DNA of 64,000 nucleotides. It comes from Dehalococcoidia bacterium (lineage in GTDB: Bacteria > Chloroflexota > Dehalococcoidia > Lucifugimonadales > UBA3495). This document shows, piece by piece, positions 21,042-30,289 of this stretch. The stretch covers positions 772,190 to 836,189 of the forward strand of contig CBDDEJ010000010.1 of NCBI GenBank assembly GCA_965226915.1. Direction: 5' to 3'. A program made the translations under genes and the position numbers. Positions within the stretch are counted from its first letter, which is position 1. Every line of letters begins with the position of its first letter. A model generated the notes under the pieces. That model was given only the letters and a program-made list of their open reading frames with translations. It did no database searches and was not told where the DNA came from.

Positions 21042-21220
21042 CTAGAAACTCGGACGGAAACCCCGATTCTCCCCAAGTCGTCGTTTTCTTAGCGACGATT
21101 GTCGATGTAAGAGTGGGTTCTTGAACCGTATTACAGATACTATCATGCCACATAAGACTATAATACGTCTGTCTGACGTAGCGCGAAACCCGGCCAATGG
21201 CTTTCCGGCCAGACCTCTAG
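21042..21220 (+). mobile_element. MITE-A copy 1 (175-bp unit between two CTAGs)
   Basis: 3 mismatches and no indels versus the copy at 27896, by manual alignment. CTAG at 21042 and 21217. Confidence 0.8.
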
Positions 21221-21369
21221 TACTACAACGACGTGTTATCCTACAAGGTAACTCGTGGGCGGATTTTGAAGCTGGCAACGAACGAGTGCGAGTCTCCCAT
21301 GATGAACGGTCCGTAGCTGAAGAAGAAGACCTGAGCGTGTTTTCTCATAACGCGTCGTTGTAGTACTAG
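21217..21369 (+). mobile_element. MITE-B copy 1 (149-bp unit, 17-bp perfect TIR CTAGTACTACAACGACG)
   Basis: CTAG at 21217 and 21366. One mismatch versus the inverted copy at 53455. Confidence 0.8.
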
Positions 21370-21476
21370 ACTACATGCGTCGAACCTGCGACACGGCTCA
21401 AGCGCCGGGGCAATCCCACATAAATTGCGCCGGCATGAATGGCTCCCGCATGAATAACCCCCAATCCTCTCCTCCC

Positions 21477-22058
21477 GTCGGCCGGATAGTTTCAGCCCTT
21501 CCCCCAGCCACTGAGCAGGGGTTGCTGATGGGAGTGGGAGCAGTGGGCTCACTGGTCGTAGCGGTGTTCTTGGCTTCCCGCTCCAAGATGTCCAACAAAG
21601 GCATTATGATCATCGTGTCCGGCGCTATGAGCGGACTGTCTGTGGCCGCCTTTGCCATGACCGCCCAATGGTTCCACAGTCTCCCCCTGGCTATGGTCTT
21701 GATCGTGGTGGTCGGGGTATTCAACACCGGCTTCACCACATTGACTCAAAGTTCGCTTCAAATGATGGTTCCGGACGACATGCGAGGACGGGTGATGGGA
21801 TTCTACGGGATGACATACAACATCCGGCCCCTGGGCGGGATGTTAACCGGCGCTGCGGGCGCCGTCAGTTTCATCGGGGTTCCGATCGCCATTGCCGTCG
21901 GCGGCCTGGCAGTGGCGGCCTTCGCCATGGGTCCGGGAATGGCGAACCGAACGCTTAGAAACCTGGACTCTTTGTTCCGCCAACCACAGGAGGAAGCCGA
22001 TGCGGCCGTGGTTGGGCAGCCCGAGTCTTCGCCGGTGGCCAATGATTGTGGCCAATGA
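21477..22058 (+). pseudogene. MFS transporter, C-terminal half only (5'-truncated next to the MITE stack)
   Basis: Aligns by eye to the C-terminal six helices of the MFS at 49518..50783 (MVPDDMRGRVMG versus APPEMRGRMMG). No N-terminal half is present. Confidence 0.6.
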
Positions 22059-22103
22059 TTAAGCGGGCGTTGCGTTGCCTGTGCGGGTTTTATGTGGAAC
22101 CTT

Positions 22104-22137
22104 AAATCTCCCTCAATCCCCCTTGTCAAGGGGGGGC
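22104..22137. repeat. solo copy of the MITE-C arm-type palindromic repeat
   Basis: AAATCTCCCTCAATCCCCCTTGTCAAGGGGGGG. Confidence 0.6.
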
Positions 22138-22186
22138 TAGTCCAGGCGCGCTACACGTGCAGGCTCAGATTGTGGGCATTCAACCA

Positions 22187-22675
22187 TCAACCCAGGAATA
22201 ACGTGTATAGGGCGCCTGAGCTGTGGGCCACGGTTTTTGGGGAAAGCAGGCGGCGTTTGGGGTCCAAGGCTCTATGGGCAACTTCGATGTTCACCGCGGG
22301 AACTTGCTCCAAGTCTAGGATCTCAGCCATGGTGAAGAATTCCGCCCGGTCTACCTCGTGGGCGTCGGGGTCGGGCGCTCCGCCGACCATTCGAAGCAAC
22401 ATCACTATGTAAAGGCTGTTTCCGTTGTCGGCGTCGTACCGGTTCCTGATGGCCAACACGCCCTCCACGTCGGATTTGACCCCTGATTCTTCCTCAACCT
22501 CCCGCACCACCGCTTCCTCGATGGTTTCCTGTTGCTCTACGAATCCGCCGGGCACCTGCCAGTTGCCGCGGCCACGTCGGGAGGCCCTCCTCACCAGCAG
22601 CAGGCGGCCGTCATGGACCACGGCCCCGCCTACGCCGACGTTGTATCCCGTGTTGTATCTTTCGGGTGGGGGCAT
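22187..22675 (-). CDS. NUDIX hydrolase
   Basis: Nudix box GGFVEQQETIEEAVVREVEEESG. Confidence 0.85.
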   Translation of the reverse strand: MPPPERYNTGYNVGVGGAVVHDGRLLLVRRASRRGRGNWQVPGGFVEQQETIEEAVVREVEEESGVKSDVEGVLAIRNRYDADNGNSLYIVMLLRMVGGAPDPDAHEVDRAEFFTMAEILDLEQVPAVNIEVAHRALDPKRRLLSPKTVAHSSGALYTLFLG

Positions 22676-22934
22676 GCTAAGTCATCCTCCAAGAAGGCTT
22701 TGCGCCAATTCACGCATTTTTGATTAGAACTTGTCAAAACTGGGCCGATTATATCAGGGCCCAATCCGATTCTTGGGCTGGCGCCGCCTATTGACAATCG
22801 GCCATAGGTGTTAGACCGTGTGGTCAATTCGGAGTAGCCGAAGCCGGGCACGATTTCAGATCGTTTACATATGCCTACCACCTCCCCAGTTACTCCGCAT
22901 GATCCCGTAATGGGGCAAATGACTAGGAGGCGCG

Positions 22935-24284
22935 ATGATTTATAACGCGGAACGGGGCGACATTTCCATCGCCGTGGGCGGCGACGCCATGATCACCCGG
23001 CGGATGAAGGCCTTCCAAGAGCCGAGATTTCTGAAACTCGTTGACCTCCTAAGGAACGCTGACGTTTCAGTGGTCAATCTGGAGATGCTGTTCCACGACT
23101 ACGAGAGCAGCTGGCAGTGGAGCGGCGCCACCTACACCCGGTCGGACCCTCACAACCTGGATGAGCTCAAATGGATGGGTATCGACGCCGTGACCACCGC
23201 CAACAACCACTCATTTGACTTCTCCGAGGGTGGATTTTTGACCACCCTTCGCCATTGCAAAGAGATAGACCTGCCCACAGCGGGCGGCGGCCGTGACATC
23301 GACGAAGCCCGCTCGCCGACTTACGTGGATTCGGCCAAGGGACGGGTGGCGGTCATGTCCGCCACCAGCACATTCAGCGAGCAATCCAGGGCCGGCCCCG
23401 GGCGCCCGGATTTCCAGGGACGGCCGGGTGTCAACGCCCTTCGCCACGACGTGGTTCACCAAGTCGAGCGGGACGTGTTTGACGCATTGCACAAAGCTAA
23501 TCATGAGCTAGGCTATGACGACGTGGCCGAGGCTACCCGCCTGTTTGGTTTCCGCGGAAACGAAGACTCATTGGACGCCAGCGCCGAGGTGGAGTTCCTT
23601 CAGAATCGGTTCGTCCTGGGCGAGGAGTTTGCCCGGCGGACATCGGCCAACACCAGCGACATGACCGGTATCGGGAATTGGATCCGGGGCTCTCAGAAGC
23701 TGGCCGACTGGGCCATATATGGCGTCCACTGCCACGAAAGCGGCGAGAGTGGCGAGTTCCACGGCGCCACCAGAGTATCGCCGCCGGACTTCCTGGTGGA
23801 CTTTGCCCACTGGACCATTGACCAGGGTTGCGCTCTGTTCGCCGGACACGGGCCCCACTTCCTGAGGGGCATCGAGATCTACAAAGGCCGGCCCATTTTT
23901 TACAGCTTGGGCAATTTTATCTTCCAGAACGAGAGCGTCCTGCGCCTGCCCGACGAGGCCTACCGGCGGTTCGGTCTGGGATACGACCAAACACCCGGCG
24001 ACTACCTGGACACCCGTTCCGGCGGAGGGACCAGGGCTTTCGCCGGAGACCCCATCTTTTGGCAGAGCGCCGTGGCGGTATGCAATTACGCCGCTGGCCA
24101 GTTGAAAGAGGTTGAGCTCCACCCGATAGACATGGGATACGGCCGTCCCATACCCCAACGGGGCAGGCCGGTGCTGGCCGAGGGGGAAATGGCCCAGAGC
24201 GTTCTGAAATGGCTCCAGGACGTATCCCAGCCCTACGGCACCAAGATCGCCATCGAGGGCGACGTCGGGTACATCCGCCTGTAA
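22935..24284 (+). CDS. CapA-family (PGA_cap metallophosphatase-like) protein
   Basis: Motifs GGDAMITRR, VVNLE and TTANNHSFDF. Confidence 0.8.
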   Translation: MIYNAERGDISIAVGGDAMITRRMKAFQEPRFLKLVDLLRNADVSVVNLEMLFHDYESSWQWSGATYTRSDPHNLDELKWMGIDAVTTANNHSFDFSEGGFLTTLRHCKEIDLPTAGGGRDIDEARSPTYVDSAKGRVAVMSATSTFSEQSRAGPGRPDFQGRPGVNALRHDVVHQVERDVFDALHKANHELGYDDVAEATRLFGFRGNEDSLDASAEVEFLQNRFVLGEEFARRTSANTSDMTGIGNWIRGSQKLADWAIYGVHCHESGESGEFHGATRVSPPDFLVDFAHWTIDQGCALFAGHGPHFLRGIEIYKGRPIFYSLGNFIFQNESVLRLPDEAYRRFGLGYDQTPGDYLDTRSGGGTRAFAGDPIFWQSAVAVCNYAAGQLKEVELHPIDMGYGRPIPQRGRPVLAEGEMAQSVLKWLQDVSQPYGTKIAIEGDVGYIRL

Positions 24285-24313
24285 GACCAACATTTTTAAG
24301 GAGTAATCAGCCA

Positions 24314-25192
24314 ATGAATACGGTAGGAACCGGCAAGTACGCCTACAAATTGGTGGAAAACTGGGCAAAACTGCCCGCCGGAGAATCGTTCGCCATGGTC
24401 AGCGCCGTGGCGACCGATTCCCAGGACCGAGTCTACGCGTTCCAGCGCAAGGACCCGCCCATCGTCATCTTCGACCGGGATGGCAAGTACCTTAGCTCGT
24501 GGGGCAACGGCAATTTTGAGTTTGCCCACGGTATCCACATCGCTGACGACATTGTTTACCTGACCGACCGGGATAGTTCGGTCTGCATCGTCTACACCCT
24601 GGACGGACGCCCCATACAGATGCTGGGGCGTCATGGGGTCCACTCGGACACCGGCTGTGAAGTTCCGGCTCAGCTGGTTCCGCGGGCGGCCGGACCATTC
24701 AACTATCCCAGCGAGTTGGTTCCCGGCCCCGACGGCGACCTGTACGTCTCCGATGGCTACCGCAATGCCAGGATCCACCGGTTCGGCATCGACGGCCAGC
24801 TGAAGAAATCGTGGGGCGAGCCAGGCAAAGTCGCCCCCAACGAGTTCCACCTGCCCCATAGCCTGTTGGTGAAGGGCGACCGGGTCTTCGTTTGCGACCG
24901 GGAGAACCACCGGATGCAGGTCTTCAACACCAACGGCGACCACCTGGCCATCTGGGAAGACATCCAGCGGCCCATGGACATTTCCATGGACTCCAACGGC
25001 AACTTCATGATCAGCGAGGGCTCCAAGGATGGCTCCTCGGCCCGGATCAGCGTGGTCGACGACCAAGGCAATGTCCTGGCCCGCTTCGAATGCCGAGGAC
25101 CCGGCCACGGCAGCTGGATCGACGCCCACGGCGACATCTACCTTGGCTTAGGCGAGCCAGAAGGCGTAGACAAATACATCCGCCAAGGCTAG
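24314..25192 (+). CDS. NHL-repeat / lyase-like six-bladed beta-propeller
   Basis: MNTVGTGKYAY..ENWAKLP. AAGGAG RBS before the ATG at 24314. Paralogue of 28191..29102. Confidence 0.8.
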   Translation: MNTVGTGKYAYKLVENWAKLPAGESFAMVSAVATDSQDRVYAFQRKDPPIVIFDRDGKYLSSWGNGNFEFAHGIHIADDIVYLTDRDSSVCIVYTLDGRPIQMLGRHGVHSDTGCEVPAQLVPRAAGPFNYPSELVPGPDGDLYVSDGYRNARIHRFGIDGQLKKSWGEPGKVAPNEFHLPHSLLVKGDRVFVCDRENHRMQVFNTNGDHLAIWEDIQRPMDISMDSNGNFMISEGSKDGSSARISVVDDQGNVLARFECRGPGHGSWIDAHGDIYLGLGEPEGVDKYIRQG

Positions 25193-25330
25193 CCAACCAA
25201 AGCCAAAACCGAAGCCAAAATCCCTTCCCCCTTTAAGGGGGAAGGTTAGGATGGGGGCCAAACTCCCCCAACCAACCATCCTGACCAACGAAACAACCGC
25301 CAACCCCCACATGCCCACCGGAGGTAACCC

Positions 25331-26179
25331 ATGTCTGAAAAACCCCTAGAGGGCAAAGTCGCCCTGGTCACCGGCGCCGGCAGCCCCATCGGCCTGGGCT
25401 TCAACATGGCCGCGGCCCTGGTGGAAGCGGGGGCCAGGGTGGCCATGGTCGACGTCAACGAGGAATGGCTGGACGAGTCGGCCAACGACCTGCGCGAGAT
25501 TGCCGGCGACGACAACGTCATAACCATTCTGGCCGACGTGGCCGATGCTACGTCAGCCGAGGTGGCGGTGCGGTCGACCATCACCCACCTGGGCGGCCTG
25601 CACATCCTGGTAAACAACGCCGGAATCAGCGCGGGCAATCTCGCCCTCGCCGGCCAGGGGACCACGAATTTCTGGGAAATCACGCCGGATGTGTGGCGGC
25701 AGGTCATCTCGGTGAACTTCAGCGGACCTTTCCACATGGCCCGGGCGGCCGTCGGTCATATGTTGGAACAAGGCTGGGGCCGCATCATCGGCGTCACCAC
25801 GAGTTTCGACACCATGTACCGGGGAGGTGTGTCTCCCTATGGACCGTCTAAGGCCGGCCACGAGGCGCTGATAGCCCTGATGTCCCGTGAACTGGAAGGC
25901 ACGGGAGTCACCGCCAACGTCCTGGTGCCCGGCGGCGCCACCAACACCAACCTCCTGCCCCAAGACACAACCCTAGACCGGTCGGCCATCATTCAACCCG
26001 GGATCATGCGCTCCCCGGTGGCCTGGCTGGCGTCGGAACAATCCGACGGCGTAAACGGCCAGCGCTTCATAGCCCAATTCTGGGACGAAAGCCTGCCTCT
26101 GGCCCAAAGGATAGAAAAAGCCGGCGCCCCCGCCGCATGGCCCCAGCTAGGCCGAACGGTCCCCTCGCCGGGGACTTAG
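25331..26179 (+). CDS. SDR-family oxidoreductase
   Basis: Motifs TGAGSPIGLG, NNAG and YGPSK. Confidence 0.9.
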   Translation: MSEKPLEGKVALVTGAGSPIGLGFNMAAALVEAGARVAMVDVNEEWLDESANDLREIAGDDNVITILADVADATSAEVAVRSTITHLGGLHILVNNAGISAGNLALAGQGTTNFWEITPDVWRQVISVNFSGPFHMARAAVGHMLEQGWGRIIGVTTSFDTMYRGGVSPYGPSKAGHEALIALMSRELEGTGVTANVLVPGGATNTNLLPQDTTLDRSAIIQPGIMRSPVAWLASEQSDGVNGQRFIAQFWDESLPLAQRIEKAGAPAAWPQLGRTVPSPGT

Positions 26180-26220
26180 GGGTTGGTGGGTGCCTCGCCC
26201 CCTGATGGCGTTCTGGCAAT

Positions 26221-26622
26221 GTGAAAAAAGTCGTTGGACAAGCCGAAGCACCTTGTTCCAACAACGGCACATCGTGTAACAATGGATGTGCGACTATGCC
26301 ACTGATGGCTGGTGCCGGGCACCCTTATCTGATGACCCATGAATTCGAGGCTCTTTTGTTCTCTAAGCCAAGTGAGATTAGCCTAGCCCTTAATGCCCCA
26401 ATGGCTTCAGGTCCGCTCGAATAAATTCGAGCATCTTTCCCCACGCCAGAGGAAATCAACGACAATCCATTGACTGCTCCCTCAAAGAGGATCACGAGTA
26501 TCTTGCCTGGTTACAAAAAGGTCGTTCATGGACCCAATGTGGCAGGACGAATCGGTTTGCAGCTGATGCGACAGCAATGCACCCATTTTAGTGATTGGAT
26601 TGGTTGGCTCGAGGACCTATAA
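26221..26622 (+). pseudogene. DUF4276-like protein remnant (5'-truncated, in-frame TAA at 26422)
   Basis: HEFEALLFS, then after the stop and in the same frame PEEINDNPLTAPSKRI..PGYKK..GRIGLQLMRQQCTHFSDWIGWLE. Confidence 0.45.
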
Positions 26623-26714
26623 AGGCTGCGGCAAACCCGAGTTACTTGAGGGAACGGAATATTTCTTACAACTGAAAGATTTGCCAAGGCGAGATAGCGG
26701 CAACGAATGTGGGG

Positions 26715-26790
26715 TGGTGGAGCTGGAGAGACTCGAACTCTCTGCCTCTTCAATGCCATTGAAGCGCTCTCCCGGGTGAGCTACAGCCCC
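26715..26790 (-). tRNA. tRNA-Ala: tRNA-Ala (anticodon GGC), CCA encoded
   Basis: 76-nt cloverleaf folded by hand. Acceptor GGGGCTG/CAGCTCC with G3:U70. Anticodon loop ATGGCAT. T-loop TTCGAGT. Confidence 0.9.
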
Positions 26791-26820
26791 ACGAAGTGGT
26801 TGCCATTCGGCGCACGGCCC

Positions 26821-26849
26821 AATATACCAAATCGGGCATTGACTAGCAA
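26821..26849 (-). promoter_or_regulatory. sigma70-type promoter candidate for tRNA-Ala
   Basis: On the minus strand: TTGCTA, 17-nt spacer, TATATT, about 30 nt upstream of the tRNA 5' end. Confidence 0.4.
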
Positions 26850-27004
26850 CAGAGGCGGATGCCTCTTACGAGGTTTTCCAGCCGCCACGACCGGTCTCAG
26901 AACAGGCCTTCAGACTCATTCGCTGTTCGACGGCAACATCGCCTACCTGAAAAGGCAACAGCCTGGGACTGGCGACTCTCGATCCATGAAAAGGGGCATA
27001 GACC

Positions 27005-27313
27005 CTATTCCCCCTCATCTTCTCCGAGTTCAAGCCCCGCTACGACGTTTTCGAATGGGACAGTATCGCCGTCATCGACTCGCCGGATACTGCGCCGGAG
27101 GTTCGTCATGAGTTCCTCGTCACTGAGTATTTCCAGCGTCTCCTGGATGGTCTCGAAGAGATCCCACGCCATCAAGGCCATCACCGGCTCTCCGCGGCGA
27201 GTCAAGGGCAAGGCCTCGTGGCTCTTTGCCAGTGTATCGGGAAGCTGCATCAGGATTTCCCGCGCTTTGGTAATAGTCACCTCCGCCCCTCGCTGCATCC
27301 TAATCGTGGTCAT
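27005..27313 (-). CDS. Phd/YefM-type antitoxin
   Basis: ITKAREIL..LPLTRRGEPVMALMAWDLFETIQETLEIL. ATG at 27313 follows AAGGAG. Confidence 0.6.
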   Translation of the reverse strand: MTTIRMQRGAEVTITKAREILMQLPDTLAKSHEALPLTRRGEPVMALMAWDLFETIQETLEILSDEELMTNLRRSIRRVDDGDTVPFENVVAGLELGEDEGE

Positions 27314-27334
27314 GGCCGTTCCGCTCCTTGCCAA

Positions 27335-27769
27335 TCAATTTACCCAAATGCTCAGTCCTGCGCATCCATTGACATGAGCCCGTTCATGGTTAGCTTGTCG
27401 AAGGACGACACAACTAACACCGTTCGTCCTGCGCCTGTCGAAGGACGACTGTGCCTGTTCTATAAGATCCATCCTGACCAACCGCTGGGCCCAGGCGTAC
27501 ACGTCCCGTTTATCGCCCTCTTTCCTTGCGCCTACGGCGACTATTAACACGGTCACCACCTGAGACTCAATCCGGTAGATTACCCGGTGCCTTCCCGCGA
27601 CTCTGATGGACCGATAACCTTTTAACGGCCCCGTAAGCGGCTTGCCCATTTTGTCTGGCTCATCAGCTAATTCAGCAATACGATCCCTGACGATTCGCTT
27701 CGTCCGATTGTCACCAAGGTCGTCAAACATTTCATGGGCTTCTCTCGTGAACCTTATTTGGTAAGGCAT
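27335..27769 (-). CDS. RelE/ParE-family toxin with a C-terminal extension read through a palindromic repeat
   Basis: KPLTGPLKGYRSIRVAGRHRVIYRIE...VTVLIVAVGARKEGD. The last ~40 codons overlap the repeat at 27388-27448. Confidence 0.6.
   Translation of the reverse strand: MPYQIRFTREAHEMFDDLGDNRTKRIVRDRIAELADEPDKMGKPLTGPLKGYRSIRVAGRHRVIYRIESQVVTVLIVAVGARKEGDKRDVYAWAQRLVRMDLIEQAQSSFDRRRTNGVSCVVLRQANHERAHVNGCAGLSIWVN
27388..27448. repeat. palindromic intergenic-type repeat (TGTCGAAGGACGAC units), same family as 30542-30610
   Basis: TGTCGAAGGACGAC occurs twice, with an inverted GTTCGTCCT between. Shares CGyTCGTCCTGmGCCTG and TTCGACAAGCT with the 30.5-kb copy. Confidence 0.55.
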
Positions 27770-27803
27770 CCGTCTCAGCCCCTAGACCTTGCATCTCATG
27801 TAC

Positions 27804-27832
27804 ATGATACTGTGCGTAGTGATGTACGTCAA
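27804..27832 (-). promoter_or_regulatory. sigma70-type promoter candidate with overlapping 10-bp palindrome upstream of the toxin gene
   Basis: On the minus strand: TTGACG, 17-nt spacer, TATCAT. CATGTACATG (27797-27806) overlaps the -10 box. Confidence 0.45.
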
Positions 27833-27895
27833 TGGAATCACTACCTAATCTCAGTTGGGTGGCCGTGAATTCACATCAAGGAAGTGCATCATTAA

Positions 27896-28074
27896 CTAGA
27901 AACTCGGACGGAAACCCCGATTCTCCCCAAGTCGTCGTTTTCTTAGCGACGATTGTCGATGTAACAGTGGGTTCTTGAACCGTATTACAGACACTATCAT
28001 GCCACATAAGACTATAATACGTCTGTCTGGCGTAGCGCGAAACCCGGCCAATGGCTTTCCGGCCAGACCTCTAG
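27896..28074 (+). mobile_element. MITE-A copy 2 (reference copy)
   Basis: CTAG at 27896 and 28071, 175 bp apart. Followed by the hairpin AAACCCTCCTGG..CCAGGAGGGTTT. Confidence 0.8.
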
Positions 28075-28190
28075 AAACCCTCCTGGGATGTACCAGGAGG
28101 GTTTCTATGCCGATTGCCACACAGTGATTGTACTTGGCCCGCCAAGGGTTCCATATGCTTCGCTCCGCCAATACGCCGGCGCCGCCCAGC

Positions 28191-29102
28191 CTACTTGCGG
28201 GTGAACTTCACCACTCGGCGGGGCCGCCATTCGCCGGGCATTACGAAGTAGAGGTCTTTGTGGGAGTCGGCCCAGACGCCGTGGCAGGAACGGTGGATCT
28301 CGCCGCCCCACTGAGCCAGACGCTCGCCCTCGGAGTTTAAGACGCTGAACAACCCGCCGTTGTGCTCGGGGATGTAGACCACGTCCTCGTCGTCCACGTA
28401 AATCACGGCGGGGCCGATGAGCTTGGTGGGCCAGGTGGTGATGTGCTCGCCGTTCTGGGTGAACACCTGCACCCGGTCGTTCTCACGGTCGGCGATCAAA
28501 AGACGGCCCTTGCTGTCGATCCACGCGCCGTGGGGCAGGTTGAACTCGCCGGGGCCCGTTCCGGGGCCGCCCCAGGAAAGCAGGTGCTCGCCGGTGGCGG
28601 AGAACTTATGCACCCGGGCGTTGCCGTAACCGTCGGCGATGAAAACCTCTCCTTCATCGTTTAGAGCGATGCCGGCGGGCAGGTTGAAGGGCTGGCCGCC
28701 CTTGGTCACATGGGCATATCCGTCGCCCAGATACTGGCTGTTGTCGTATCCGGCGTCGGAACGGAAGCCTTTTTCTCCGATGGTCATCAGAAGCTCACCG
28801 TCATTGGTGAACTTCATCACCTGGCCCCGGTCCCGGTCCACCAGCCAAACGTTGTCTTGCTTGTCGATGAGAATGGCATGGGCGAACTCGACGACCCCGG
28901 CGCCCCAATGGGACAGGTAATTGCCTTCGCGGTCGAATATGACCACCGGATGGTCCGGGTCGCGGTTGAAACAGTAGACCCGGTCTTGGGAGTCGCCGTA
29001 AACGGCCGCGGCCGGCATGGCCCAGCCCTCGGGCGCCTTGGCCCAGTTTTCGTCCATGGTGTAGGTGTATTTACCGCTGCCGACAGTATTGGTAGTAGTC
29101 AA
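28191..29102 (-). CDS. NHL-repeat / lyase-like six-bladed beta-propeller
   Basis: TVGSGKYTY..ENWAKAP. Paralogue of 24314..25192. Confidence 0.8.
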   Translation of the reverse strand: MTTTNTVGSGKYTYTMDENWAKAPEGWAMPAAAVYGDSQDRVYCFNRDPDHPVVIFDREGNYLSHWGAGVVEFAHAILIDKQDNVWLVDRDRGQVMKFTNDGELLMTIGEKGFRSDAGYDNSQYLGDGYAHVTKGGQPFNLPAGIALNDEGEVFIADGYGNARVHKFSATGEHLLSWGGPGTGPGEFNLPHGAWIDSKGRLLIADRENDRVQVFTQNGEHITTWPTKLIGPAVIYVDDEDVVYIPEHNGGLFSVLNSEGERLAQWGGEIHRSCHGVWADSHKDLYFVMPGEWRPRRVVKFTRK

Positions 29103-29181
29103 TTCAATCTCCTTTGAGCGTGTCCTGAGATGCGTACCCGAATATTAACCCAATACGCCTAGGTTGCCTAGTAATGGCCGG

Positions 29182-30081
29182 TTAGTAGGGGGCGATGCCC
29201 GGCGTTTTCACCCGGAAGCTGTACAGAGAATCTCCGGGCGTGGCGTAGACGGTGCGGAAATCGGGGCCGCCGAAGGCCACGTTGCGGGGCACTTCGGGGC
29301 CTTTGATGACGCCCACCACGGACCCGTCGGGCTCAACCACCCAGATGCCGCCCGACCCGACGCAGAATACCCGGCCCGCCGTGTCCACCTTCATGCCGTC
29401 GGGCACGCCCTCTTCGGCGGAAGACATGTCGCAAAACACCCGGTTGTTGCTCAGCGTTCCATCGGCCGCCACGTCGAACGCCCGAATCTCCCGGTGGCTG
29501 CAGACAAGGCCCTTTTCGGCCTCTTCAAAGCAGCGCTCGTCCAGCCGGCTGATGGCCACGTAGAGTATCGACTCGTCTGGTGAGAAGGCCAAACCGTTGG
29601 GGTACACGCACTCGTCGGTGGCCAGATGCAGTTGGCCGCTCGGATCAACGCGGAAAACGCCCGCAAATCCGATCTCCCGCTGCTCCGGCGGTAGCCGCAA
29701 TTCGGGGTCGGTGAAATAAATGCTTCCGTCGGACCGGCACACCACGTCGTTGGGCTTGTTGAACCGCTTGCCTTGGTAGGTTTCAGCCACGGTGGTGACA
29801 GTACCATCGGCGTCCATGCGCGTCAGCCTCCGGTGGTCAGCGCCCTCGCACATTAACAGGCGTCCCTGGCGGTCAAAGGTGCATCCGTTGCCTTCTCCGG
29901 TGCCTTCCCTCACTACCGATTTGGCGCCATCGGTGTCCCATCTAAGCAGGCGGCTGCCGCCCAGGTCTACGAATGTCAAATATCCTTCCGGGTGCCACAA
30001 GGGGCCTTCGGTGCGGCCCAAGCCCGAGGCTAATAGGGTTTGTTCGCCGAGTTCCAGGATCGAAGAAAGATCTCCTGCCAT
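29182..30081 (-). CDS. SMP-30/gluconolactonase/LRE-family protein
   Basis: Motifs TEGPLWHPEG, GNGCTFDRQGRLL, FNKPNDVV and PNGLAFSPDE. ATG at 30081 follows GGAGGTG. Confidence 0.85.
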   Translation of the reverse strand: MAGDLSSILELGEQTLLASGLGRTEGPLWHPEGYLTFVDLGGSRLLRWDTDGAKSVVREGTGEGNGCTFDRQGRLLMCEGADHRRLTRMDADGTVTTVAETYQGKRFNKPNDVVCRSDGSIYFTDPELRLPPEQREIGFAGVFRVDPSGQLHLATDECVYPNGLAFSPDESILYVAISRLDERCFEEAEKGLVCSHREIRAFDVAADGTLSNNRVFCDMSSAEEGVPDGMKVDTAGRVFCVGSGGIWVVEPDGSVVGVIKGPEVPRNVAFGGPDFRTVYATPGDSLYSFRVKTPGIAPY

Positions 30082-30289
30082 GTTTACACCTCCACGTGCC
30101 CGGGGCATTGATGGGCCGGATTATACCAGCGTCCATTCTGGGAGTACACGCCGGATTTCACCGGCCGATCGCCCTGTTTGACCGGCCAAATGGCCTGCTC
30201 TACAATTCGCCTCGACGCCCGGACCCGCCGGCCAAGAATAAGCGGCAAAACGGCCGGTAATGCAATGCCTGGCGGCGCGGAGGAATCTA

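Noticed and set aside
21042-21220. The 78-91-aa ORFs starting MWHDSICNTVQEPT.. drawn across each MITE-A copy.
   Set aside because: The conserved part is only the element itself. Each ORF continues into a different flank and ends at a different place, so it is not a gene.
27960-28010. Promoter-like hexamers inside MITE-A (TTGAAC .. TATCAT .. TATAAT).
   Set aside because: No pair has a 16-19-nt spacing, so an outward or internal promoter cannot be supported from sequence alone.
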